64,000 nucleotides of DNA, taken from contig JBLRXC010000002.1 in NCBI GenBank assembly GCA_047920975.1, positions 3,061-67,060 of the forward strand, in the 5' to 3' direction. The translations under genes were made by a program, and so were the position numbers. This DNA comes from Bacteroidales bacterium. Its GTDB lineage: Bacteria > Bacteroidota > Bacteroidia > Bacteroidales > JAADJA01. Below, piece by piece: positions 10,340-19,207 of the stretch. The notes beneath the pieces were generated by a model that was not told the DNA's origin, did not search any database, and worked only from the letters and a program-made list of their open reading frames with translations. Positions within the stretch are counted from its first letter, which is position 1. The number at the start of each line of letters is the position of its first letter.

Positions 10340-11527
10340 ATGTTGATCAATAAAATTAAACATCTTGCTGAAGAGTATTTTCACGAGGTCGTAGGAATGC
10401 GCAGGCAGATCCATGCAAATCCCGAGCTTTCATTTCAGGAATTCAAAACGGCTGCTTTGGTTTCAGATTTTCTTGCAAGAAATGAAATCCCCCATCAAAA
10501 AGGAGTGGCCAAAACAGGTGTTGTAGGCCTGATCCATGGTAAAAACCCTGAGAAAAAAATTATCGCTTTGAGAGCCGATATGGATGCCTTGCCGATCTCA
10601 GAAAAAAATAAAATTCCATTCCGGTCAAAGAATCCCGGAGTAATGCATGCCTGCGGGCATGACGTACACACGGCTTCATTGCTGGGTGCTGCAAAGATCC
10701 TGCATGAGATCAGGGATTATTTTGAGGGTACGGTCAAATTGATTTTTCAACCCTCTGAGGAGGAGTATCCCGGTGGTGCAAAGGTGATGATAGAGGAGGG
10801 CGTTCTTGAAAACCCTGCACCTTCATCCATATTCGGCCAGCATGTTTTTCCTGAACTGGAAGCTGGAAAAGTGGGGATGCGGCCCGGAAAGTTCATGGCT
10901 TCAACAGACGAGATATATATTACAGTCAGGGGCAGGGGAGGGCATGGCGCCATTCCCCACCAGAACATTGATCCGGTTTTGATCGGATCGCATATTGTAA
11001 TCGCACTGCAGCAGATTGTCAGCCGGAATTCAAACCCTGCAATGCCTACGGTGCTATCCATTGGCCGGTTTATTGCAGAAGGGCATACAAATATCATCCC
11101 CGATGAAGTGCATCTTGCCGGCATTATCCGGACATTTAATGAAGAATGGCGACGTGAAATAAAACAAAAACTGACAACCATTGCCCGGGGTGTTGCCAGG
11201 AGCATGGGGGGTAGTTGTCATGTAAGGATTGATCAGGGTTATCCCTTTTTGGTGAATGATGATTTGCTGACCCGCAAAGCGATGGATCATGCTGCTGAAT
11301 TTCTGGGAGAACAAAATGTGGTGGAATTGGATATGAGAACTACAGCAGAGGACTTCGCTTATTTTTCACAAAAAATTCCCGGATGTTTCTATCGGTTGGG
11401 TATCCGCAATCTAGAAAAAGGTATTACCTCAAGTCTTCATTCATCCACATTTGATGTAGACGAAGAGAGTCTAAGAACCGGAATGGGGCTGATGGCATGG
11501 CTAACAATCAGGGAGTTGAAAAGTTAA
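10340..11527 (+). CDS. M20D-family amidohydrolase (N-acyl-amino acid amidohydrolase / hippuricase-like)
   Basis: MLINKIKHLAEEYFHEVVGMRRQIHANPELSFQE is the canonical M20D N-terminus. Metal-binding motif MHACGHDVHT. The 60 residues upstream in the track ORF are AT-rich, low-complexity and contain the promoter motif. Confidence 0.85.
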   Translation: MLINKIKHLAEEYFHEVVGMRRQIHANPELSFQEFKTAALVSDFLARNEIPHQKGVAKTGVVGLIHGKNPEKKIIALRADMDALPISEKNKIPFRSKNPGVMHACGHDVHTASLLGAAKILHEIRDYFEGTVKLIFQPSEEEYPGGAKVMIEEGVLENPAPSSIFGQHVFPELEAGKVGMRPGKFMASTDEIYITVRGRGGHGAIPHQNIDPVLIGSHIVIALQQIVSRNSNPAMPTVLSIGRFIAEGHTNIIPDEVHLAGIIRTFNEEWRREIKQKLTTIARGVARSMGGSCHVRIDQGYPFLVNDDLLTRKAMDHAAEFLGEQNVVELDMRTTAEDFAYFSQKIPGCFYRLGIRNLEKGITSSLHSSTFDVDEESLRTGMGLMAWLTIRELKS

Positions 11528-11589
11528 ATATTTCAAAAAGTAAATATTTCATTAGGGAATTCGTTAATTACAAAGACTAAAATACATAG

Positions 11590-12900
11590 ATGTACGCAGG
11601 CCATTTTAATCGTCATTTTATTTATTACCCTTTACACTTCCTGATTGTTCTCCTGAGTTGCCTGTCTGCCAAGTCGCAGAAACCAGATTTTGAGAATTTT
11701 CCTGAAGAAAGCAATAAAATATTCCAACCCAATATCAAATCGGTACTCTTTCACCGGGAGGGTTTTGAACTCTCTCCACCGCTCCTGCGGTTCAATCATG
11801 ATGAACAACTCAGGTTGTCTTTTGATGACCTTGATGCAGATGCAAAAGAGTTTACCTTTACCATTGTTCATTGCGATGCCTCATGGACACCTTCAGTACT
11901 TTCTCCAAATCAGTATATCGAAGGCTATATTGAGGATTATATCTATCATTCCTCCTATTCACAAAGTACACTTGTTCCCTATACCCATTATGAATTGCTT
12001 TTTCCAACAGACCAGTTAAAGCCTTCTGTTCCTGGTAATTATATCCTCAAGGTGTATGATCAGCAACCTGAAAATCTAATTTTTACCCGCAGGTTCATGG
12101 TATTTGACCAAAAAGTTGAGATTTCAGCGCAAGTAAGTAAAGCCACCATCATTGAGGACCGGAAATCCAAACAAAAGGTGACTTTTGAAATTATTTCTGC
12201 GGGTTTCAGGATAGCAAATCCATATCGTGACCTGAAAGTCTTGATCATTCAAAATGGCCGGTGGGACAACAGGATTCATGACCTTAAACCCAGAATGGTT
12301 GTAGGTAACAGGCTGGATTATCATTATGACTATGAAAATGTATTCGATGGTGGAAATGAATTCAGATCCATAGATTTGAAGAGTCTCAACTATTATTCTG
12401 AAAATGTTGCCAACATTGAAACTGACCGGAACCGTTATTATGTGACGCTGCAGCCTGATAAAATAAGAACCTACCAGGTTTATAAATCCGAACCTGATAT
12501 CAATGGCCGGATGATCATCAGGACTGAGGACCGAAGGGATTCTTCCACTGAAGCAGAATATGTCGATGTAAGTTTTTTCCTGCCCTATTCACCTCCGTTG
12601 ATGGATGGTCACATATACATCACCGGGGCTCTAACGGATTGGACTTATTCAACTGAGAACAGGATGAACTATAATTTTCAACATAAAGGTTATGAAAAGA
12701 CACTGTTGTTGAAGCAGGGTTATTATGATTATCATTATGTAACTCTATTTGAACACAGCAAATGGGGTGATGTGGCATTTATTGAGGGCAATCACTGGGA
12801 AGCAGAGAACGATTACACAATTTTGGTTTATTACCGTGAACCGGCTGATTTATTTGAGCAACTGATTGGTGTTGCACAGCTCAATTCACGCATTGAATGA
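11590..12900 (+). CDS. DUF5103 / type IX secretion system plug-like protein
   Basis: Signal peptide, then the conserved N-terminal region IKSVLFHREGFELSPPLLRFN..LRLSFDDLDAD...FTIVHCDASW that I recognise from the DUF5103 (T9SS plug first domain) family. The size of about 430 aa fits. Confidence 0.55.
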   Translation: MYAGHFNRHFIYYPLHFLIVLLSCLSAKSQKPDFENFPEESNKIFQPNIKSVLFHREGFELSPPLLRFNHDEQLRLSFDDLDADAKEFTFTIVHCDASWTPSVLSPNQYIEGYIEDYIYHSSYSQSTLVPYTHYELLFPTDQLKPSVPGNYILKVYDQQPENLIFTRRFMVFDQKVEISAQVSKATIIEDRKSKQKVTFEIISAGFRIANPYRDLKVLIIQNGRWDNRIHDLKPRMVVGNRLDYHYDYENVFDGGNEFRSIDLKSLNYYSENVANIETDRNRYYVTLQPDKIRTYQVYKSEPDINGRMIIRTEDRRDSSTEAEYVDVSFFLPYSPPLMDGHIYITGALTDWTYSTENRMNYNFQHKGYEKTLLLKQGYYDYHYVTLFEHSKWGDVAFIEGNHWEAENDYTILVYYREPADLFEQLIGVAQLNSRIE

Positions 12901-12943
12901 TATTTTTGTGATCAGTGCCTGGTAAAAATTAAATAAACGTTAT

Positions 12944-13255
12944 ATGAACAACGATCTTTTTTCAAAATTGCAGGAAGCCCGGCAAAAAATTGAAGAGGCT
13001 AAGATCAGGCTCAATTCTATTATTGTTGAAGTTGAGGCCAGGGGTGGTGGTCTCAAAGTTAGAGCCAATGCAAACAAAACCATTGTCGGGTTTGAATTTA
13101 CCGATGAATTTTTGAATTCTCACTCCCGCGTGGAAGTTGAGGATGTGTTGCTTGCTACAACCAACAGAGCTCTCGAACAGGCTGCTCAACGCGGTGAAAC
13201 AGAGATGAAAAATATTACCCAGGGTTTATTGCCGGATTTTCCTGGTTTGGTATGA
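12944..13255 (+). CDS. YbaB/EbfC-family nucleoid-associated protein
   Basis: 103 aa with an N-terminal coiled segment (LQEARQKIEEAKIRL) and then the GGGLKVRANANKTIVGFEF core typical of YbaB/EbfC. Confidence 0.8.
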   Translation: MNNDLFSKLQEARQKIEEAKIRLNSIIVEVEARGGGLKVRANANKTIVGFEFTDEFLNSHSRVEVEDVLLATTNRALEQAAQRGETEMKNITQGLLPDFPGLV

Positions 13256-13389
13256 AAAACCTGTATGCTCCTGATTCATAATTTTTTCCCGCTAATGACT
13301 GATCATTGTTATTTCCTGATGAATTGTGTCGCGAACTGGTCACATGAAAGGATTCGGTAATCAGCCATCAATCAATAAAAATCGTTCTG

Positions 13390-16092
13390 TCAACATTTAG
13401 AGTGACCACATTCCCTGCATACAAGACATCCCTCTTTGTAAACAAGTGTGCCCTCATGTCCACAATTGGAACATTTTTCCTTTTGTACAACGGTGTCATC
13501 CGGTATGAATTTTTTCAAAGCCCTGACTATTCCATTTTTCCAGGTATTAATGGATTCATTATCGAACGTGAGATTATCCACCAGATTGATGGCATAAGGC
13601 AATGGCATCCCATGCCGGAGAATGCCTGAGATGAGTTTGGCATAATTCCAGAACTCTTTGTTAAAGGAACGGGATAATCCTTCAATGGTAACTTTGTAGC
13701 CTGCTTTATCATAAAACTGGAAATCGTACCGGGAGCGATCTTCTCCTTCGCGTCTGCTTTTGACCACCCATCCCTCTTCGACCCATGGTGGCAGGTAGAA
13801 CTCATCTGCTTTTCCTGAAAATATCTCATAAGGTTTGTTGTCAAAGAGTCCAACCACCGCAATCCATTTCTCATAATCATTCTGGAATCTGACGATTTCG
13901 GCTTTGAGTTTGCGAGGGCGTGGAGGTGCTTTTGTCTCTTTAAATTCAACGGTTCCTTCACTCTTTTTCTCATGATCACTTACCAGCACACCGGTACGGC
14001 AGCCATCACGATAGATCGTCATCCCTTTGCAACCGCTTTCCCATGCAGTCATATACACCTGACTGACCATATCTTCCGTAACTTCATTTGGCAGATTGAC
14101 GGTGACACTGATTGAATGGTCAACCCATTTCTGTACCTCACCCTGCATTCTTACTTTTTCAACCCAATCAACATCATTGGATGTGGCTTTATAATAAGGA
14201 GACTTTTTGACTATTGCCTGAAAATCCTGTTCCGGATATAATTTAACCTCTTCCGCATTGTAGCCGTTGATTGTTAACCAGGTCTCAAATTTAGGATGGA
14301 ATACCGGATATTCTTCCCATGCATCACCCTGGGCATCTGTAAAAGAAACCTTTACATCCTTGTCGTTGGGGTTAACTTTTCTTCTCCGGGTATACCTGAT
14401 CATGTATGCCGGTTCGATACCGGAAGTGGTTTGAGTGCAGATAGAAACACTGCCGGTTGGTGCAATGGTAAGCAGGGCAATGTTTCTTCTTCCTACCCTG
14501 GTCATTTTTTCATACACAGTAGGGGCAACTTGTTTGATACGGTTGATGAATGGGTTGTTTTTTTCCTTTTCGATGTCGAAAATCGGAAATTTCCCTCTCT
14601 CTTCAGCCAGGTTAACCGATGAAGCATATGCTTCAATGGCCAATAGCTTGTGCACTTCTACTGAAAAGTCAGTAGCTTCAATGGTTCCGTATCTTGAACC
14701 CAGTGCTGCAACCATATCTCCTTCTGCTGTTATTCCAATCCCTGTTCTTCTTCCCTCCAGGGTTTTTTTCCGGATATTGATCCACAGATTTTTTTCGACC
14801 CGTTTTACCTCCTCTTCTTCAGGATCAGCATCAATTTTTGCGAGGATAGCATCAATTTTTTCAACTTCAAGATCAATGATATCATCCATGATCCTTTGAG
14901 CATAATGTACGTGCCTGCTGAAAAGTTCAGAGTTGAAACTGGCTTTTTCGGTAAATGGATTTTCAACATAACTGTAAAGGTTCAGCGCAAGCAGGCGGCA
15001 ACTGTCGTATGGGCAAAGCGGTATTTCACCGCATGGGTTGGTTGATACGGTTTTAAACCCAAGGTCAGCATAGCAATCGGGAATTGCTTCACGGGTTACT
15101 GTATTCCAGAAAAGGATGCCTGGTTCGGCAGAGCTCCAGGCATTGTGGATGATCTTGTTCCATAGCTCAACCGGATTAATCTCCTTTTGATAAACCGGAT
15201 TGACAGCATCGATAGGATATTGTTGAATATATGGTCTGTTTTCTTTGACTGCCCGCATGAATTCATCATCGATTTTAACCGAAACATTGGCCCCCGTTAC
15301 TTTTCCTTTATCCATTTTGGCATCAATGAACTTTTCAGCATCAGGATGTTTGATCGATATCGTTAACATCAGAGCTCCTCTTCTGCCATCCTGAGCTACT
15401 TCCCGGGTCGAATTGGAATAACGTTCCATAAAGGGAACAATGCCTGTGGAGGTGAGGGCACTGTTTTTCACAGGGCTTCCTTCCGGACGGATGTGACTGA
15501 GGTCGTGACCCACGCCACCTCTTCGTTTCATGAGTTGCACCTGTTCCTGGTCAATTTTCAGAATACCGCCGTACGAATCCGCATTCCCGGTGGTACCAAT
15601 TACAAAACAATTGGATAGTGATGAAATTTGAAAATCAGTCCCAATGCCTGCCATGGGACCTCCCTGTGGAATGATATATTTGAAATCCCTGAAAAGATGA
15701 AAAACCTCTTCTTCTGTAAGAGGATTCGGATATTTGTTTTCGATCCGTGCTATTTCACGCGCCAGTCGCCTGTGCATATCATCCGGAGTCATTTCATAAA
15801 GGTTGCCGTGACTGTCTTTCAGTGAATACTTATTGATCCAGACATTGGCTGCCAACTCATCACCTTTGAAATATTCTGTCGCATGCCTCTTTACCTCTTC
15901 CGGATCCAGTGGTTTCAATTCCGGTGTAACGGAAGGAACCGCTCTGTCTGTCAATTTTTCACTGGCAGACGGGTTGGTGATAATCCCATCCGGTGGTTCA
16001 GGTCGTTTTCTGGATGCAAGTAAGACTTCCATATCAGTCAGTGGTTTTATGACCTCTGTATTTTCTCCCGTAGTAGCAAAAAGATTCTGCAT
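13390..16092 (-). CDS. nrdJ: Class II (adenosylcobalamin-dependent) ribonucleotide reductase
   Basis: 900-aa single-chain RNR with the active-site loop STNPCGEIPLCPYDSCRL and a C-terminal CxxC...CxxC zinc ribbon (CSNCGH...CLVCRECGHSKC). No adjacent small-subunit gene. Confidence 0.85.
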   Translation of the reverse strand: MQNLFATTGENTEVIKPLTDMEVLLASRKRPEPPDGIITNPSASEKLTDRAVPSVTPELKPLDPEEVKRHATEYFKGDELAANVWINKYSLKDSHGNLYEMTPDDMHRRLAREIARIENKYPNPLTEEEVFHLFRDFKYIIPQGGPMAGIGTDFQISSLSNCFVIGTTGNADSYGGILKIDQEQVQLMKRRGGVGHDLSHIRPEGSPVKNSALTSTGIVPFMERYSNSTREVAQDGRRGALMLTISIKHPDAEKFIDAKMDKGKVTGANVSVKIDDEFMRAVKENRPYIQQYPIDAVNPVYQKEINPVELWNKIIHNAWSSAEPGILFWNTVTREAIPDCYADLGFKTVSTNPCGEIPLCPYDSCRLLALNLYSYVENPFTEKASFNSELFSRHVHYAQRIMDDIIDLEVEKIDAILAKIDADPEEEEVKRVEKNLWINIRKKTLEGRRTGIGITAEGDMVAALGSRYGTIEATDFSVEVHKLLAIEAYASSVNLAEERGKFPIFDIEKEKNNPFINRIKQVAPTVYEKMTRVGRRNIALLTIAPTGSVSICTQTTSGIEPAYMIRYTRRRKVNPNDKDVKVSFTDAQGDAWEEYPVFHPKFETWLTINGYNAEEVKLYPEQDFQAIVKKSPYYKATSNDVDWVEKVRMQGEVQKWVDHSISVTVNLPNEVTEDMVSQVYMTAWESGCKGMTIYRDGCRTGVLVSDHEKKSEGTVEFKETKAPPRPRKLKAEIVRFQNDYEKWIAVVGLFDNKPYEIFSGKADEFYLPPWVEEGWVVKSRREGEDRSRYDFQFYDKAGYKVTIEGLSRSFNKEFWNYAKLISGILRHGMPLPYAINLVDNLTFDNESINTWKNGIVRALKKFIPDDTVVQKEKCSNCGHEGTLVYKEGCLVCRECGHSKC

Positions 16093-16155
16093 TCTTTTGT
16101 TTGTTTATAACGGATAATTAATGAATTGTAATGTATTGAAAGCAAGTAATCTGCT

Positions 16156-16163
16156 CAAACTTA
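16156..16163 (-). promoter_or_regulatory. Bacteroidota -7 motif TAagTTTG upstream of nrdJ
   Basis: The reverse complement of caaactta is taagtttg, about 65 bp upstream of the nrdJ ATG at 16092. Confidence 0.4.
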
Positions 16164-16531
16164 TCATCCTGAATTTTAGCTGAGCGAAGATACAACAGTT
16201 AAACTACCGAAAGCAAACCCATTTACAAACATTGACTTGTTGAAAAGTTGCTATCCGCTTGAAATCAAAATTCCTAGGCAGGAAAGTAGGGATTTATCAA
16301 CAATTTATTAATAAAAATATCAGGCTGTGAAAAAAGGTCCTTGCCCTGTGCCAAACTATTGCCAATTCCCGTATTCGTCCCTTCGATTCTCTGTAAAGAC
16401 CTTGATTATTTTAATAAAAAATATCCATGAACGGCCACACGTTTATCAACAACTTGAAATCCAAAATAATAAGTTGCGTTTGAACATGCAATTATATGGT
16501 TTATGGAGTCCTTCATTCTGGAATAGTTCGT

Positions 16532-16858
16532 CTATAATAGTTTTTTATTATTGCTGTGCCGTCTGGCATCTCTGATGGATTTTTTTTCAAAATTTCTCTC
16601 AAGAGCCTTCGAGAGGTCTATGCCGGTTTGATTGGCAATACACATTAAAACCCATAGCACATCAGCCAATTCGTCTGCCAGATCAATCCCTTGATCAGAT
16701 TCTTTATGCGATTGATCACCATATTCCCTTGACATGATCCTTGCCACTTCACCCACTTCCTCGGTAAGGATAGCCATATTGGTGAGTTCGCTGAAATACC
16801 TGATACCGGTTGAATTGATCCAGCCATCTACCTTTTCCTGTGCTTCTTTAATTGTCAT
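16532..16858 (-). CDS. MazG-like nucleotide pyrophosphohydrolase domain protein
   Basis: MTIKEAQEKVDGWI...LTEEVGEVARI...LADELADVLWVLMCIAN carries the EExxE...ExxD MazG metal-binding helices. The ATG at 16858 is preferred over the track start at 16903. Confidence 0.8.
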   Translation of the reverse strand: MTIKEAQEKVDGWINSTGIRYFSELTNMAILTEEVGEVARIMSREYGDQSHKESDQGIDLADELADVLWVLMCIANQTGIDLSKALERNFEKKSIRDARRHSNNKKLL

Positions 16859-16936
16859 TGCTTCTGTTTTGATGCTGCAAATGTGAGAAAAATCCTGGAG
16901 CAATTATTCATACTTTTGCGGATAGAATAATAAACA

Positions 16937-18175
16937 ATGGAAGAAAAAACCGGTAAATTTCGGATGATCGCCAAAACCATTTCAGGATTAGAAGAAGTGT
17001 TGGCCGTAGAGCTTACTGAAATAGGTGCAGATGACATCAGGATCCTAAACCGGGGCGTTCAGTTTTTCGGTGATAAAATCACCTTATATAAAGCCAATTA
17101 CCTGTTAAGAACTGCACTCAGGGTGATCAAACCCATTGCTGTATTTGATGCAAACAATGAAGAGCAGTTGTACAATGAAGTATATAAGATTGACTGGACC
17201 CAATACCTCGATGTGAACGGGACCTTTTCGGTGGACGGTGTAACAAGCTATTCAAACATCACCCATTCGAAATACCTTGCACTGAAAACGAAAGATGCCA
17301 TTGTTGATCAGTTTCGGGAGAAGTTTGGTAAGCGGCCGAATGTGAAACTGGATAAAGCAGACCTGGTGGTGAATGTCAGGATTTTCAGGAATGAATGTAC
17401 CGTTTCGATTGACAGCTCAGGTGAGTCATTGCACAAAAGAGGATACCGGCTTGAAGCAGGCCTGGCACCGGTTAGTGAGGTTTTGGCTGCAGGTCTCGTG
17501 TTGTTATCAGAGTGGGACAGAAAGTCTGCCTTTATTGATCCGATGTGTGGTTCAGGAACTATCCCCATCGAGGCTGCCTGCATAGCATGTCATATTCCGC
17601 CGGGTTTTTTCCGTGAGGATTATTGTTTCATGCACTGGCAGGATTTTGACAGTGATTTGTGGGAGCATATTAAGGAAGAAGCCGACAGTAAAATAGTTGA
17701 ATATAAAGGCGACATTATAGGTTCTGACCGTTCCGGCCGTATTTTGGCAATCGCCAGGAAAAACGTCAAATCAGCCGGTTTGAACCATGTCATCACTTTA
17801 AAGACAAGTTTTTTAAATGACCTCATCCCGCCTGGTTCCGGTGGGGTCGTGGTGATGAATCCACCCTATGATGAAAGGCTCAAAACGGAAGATGTGGTGG
17901 GCCTGTACAAAAGCATCGGTGATGCACTAAAGCAGCATTTCCATGGATACCAGGCCTGGGTAATCAGCGGTCATAAAGAAGCACTCAAATTTGTCGGACT
18001 GCATCCTTCCAGGAATATTACCATTTACAATGGCCCCCTGGAGTGCAGATATTCCAGGTTTGAAATTTATGAAGGGAGTAAAAAAGACGCCTATATTAAA
18101 CCTGCCTCAGCCCGGGAGCAAAAAAAGAATCAGGACAATTTCAACAGCGGGAAAAGGAGAAGAATGAGAAAGTAA
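16937..18175 (+). CDS. THUMP domain-containing class I SAM-dependent RNA methyltransferase (RlmL/RlmK-like)
   Basis: N-terminal THUMP-like region, SAM-binding motif DPMCGSGTI, catalytic motif NPPYDERL, and a Lys/Arg-rich tail. Confidence 0.75.
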   Translation: MEEKTGKFRMIAKTISGLEEVLAVELTEIGADDIRILNRGVQFFGDKITLYKANYLLRTALRVIKPIAVFDANNEEQLYNEVYKIDWTQYLDVNGTFSVDGVTSYSNITHSKYLALKTKDAIVDQFREKFGKRPNVKLDKADLVVNVRIFRNECTVSIDSSGESLHKRGYRLEAGLAPVSEVLAAGLVLLSEWDRKSAFIDPMCGSGTIPIEAACIACHIPPGFFREDYCFMHWQDFDSDLWEHIKEEADSKIVEYKGDIIGSDRSGRILAIARKNVKSAGLNHVITLKTSFLNDLIPPGSGGVVVMNPPYDERLKTEDVVGLYKSIGDALKQHFHGYQAWVISGHKEALKFVGLHPSRNITIYNGPLECRYSRFEIYEGSKKDAYIKPASAREQKKNQDNFNSGKRRRMRK

Positions 18176-18218
18176 CCTGCTGGTCACTAGGAATGAAAGA
18201 TTAATAATTCACAATAAC

Positions 18219-19199
18219 ATGAAAACCTTAAAACGAATTGGGATACTTACCTCCGGAGGTGATTCTCCGGGTATGAACGCATGTATCCGGGCAGTTGTGA
18301 GAACAGGAATTTACCATAACCTTGAGGTTTTTGGGATCAGAAACGGCTACAACGGACTGATAAAAAACGACTTTGTGAAGATGGAGAGCCATTCGGTTTC
18401 CAATATCATCCAGCGTGGAGGGACAATTCTGAAAACAGCCCGAAGTAAGGAGTTTATGCAGTATGAAGGCCGGAAAAGGGCCTATGAGAATTTAAAAAGT
18501 AATGGGATTGACGGGCTTGTGGTGATCGGAGGTGATGGGACCTTCACAGGGGCAGATATCTTCATTAAGGAGTTCGATTTTCCGATCATGGGAACACCGG
18601 GAACTATTGATAACGACCTTTACGGAACCGACATGACTATTGGTTACGATACTGCATTGAATACCGTGATGGATGCGGTTGATAAAATCCGGGATACAGC
18701 TGACTCGCACAGCCGGCTCTTTTTTGTGGAGGTGATGGGCCGTGATGCCGGTTTTATTGCGCTCAGAAGTGGCATTGCCGTTGGCGCTGAAGATATTCTT
18801 ATCCCGGAAACGGTAACCTATATTGATGACTTGATTGAGATGCTTGAATCAGGTTATAGAAAGAACAAGAATTCAGGAATTATCATTGTAGCTGAAGGGG
18901 ATGACGCAGGAGGTGCTTTTGAAGTGGCGGCCAAGGTAAAAGAAAAATATGACCATTATGAAACCCGTGTTACAGTGTTAGGTCATATACAACGTGGCGG
19001 CAGGCCAAGCTCTTTTGACCGGATTTTGGCCAGCACCATGGGATATGAAGCTGTTAATGCCTTACTGGCAGGCCGTCGCGGAGAAATGGTGGGGATTATC
19101 AACAAAGATGTGGTGTTTACTCCTTTTGAACAAGCCATTAAACACCATAAGTTAATTCGTGGGGATTTGCTTGAAATGGCAAGAATTCTTTCATCCTGA
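18219..19199 (+). CDS. pfkA: ATP-dependent 6-phosphofructokinase
   Basis: IGILTSGGDSPGMNA, VVIGGDGTF, PGTIDND and MGRDAG motifs. 326 aa. Confidence 0.95.
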   Translation: MKTLKRIGILTSGGDSPGMNACIRAVVRTGIYHNLEVFGIRNGYNGLIKNDFVKMESHSVSNIIQRGGTILKTARSKEFMQYEGRKRAYENLKSNGIDGLVVIGGDGTFTGADIFIKEFDFPIMGTPGTIDNDLYGTDMTIGYDTALNTVMDAVDKIRDTADSHSRLFFVEVMGRDAGFIALRSGIAVGAEDILIPETVTYIDDLIEMLESGYRKNKNSGIIIVAEGDDAGGAFEVAAKVKEKYDHYETRVTVLGHIQRGGRPSSFDRILASTMGYEAVNALLAGRRGEMVGIINKDVVFTPFEQAIKHHKLIRGDLLEMARILSS

Positions 19200-19207
19200 T
19201 TGACACG

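Noticed and set aside
16093-16330. A cobalamin riboswitch or NrdR box upstream of the B12-dependent nrdJ.
   Set aside because: I could not find the conserved B12-box or an NrdR palindrome by eye. In addition, B12 riboswitches normally control B12-independent isozymes rather than nrdJ. Only a covariance-model scan could settle it.
16327-16575. The 82-aa GTG-start ORF in the mazG-nrdJ spacer.
   Set aside because: It has a non-ATG start, a Cys/Tyr/Phe-rich odd composition and no recognisable motif, and its 3' end overlaps the MazG-like gene on the opposite strand.
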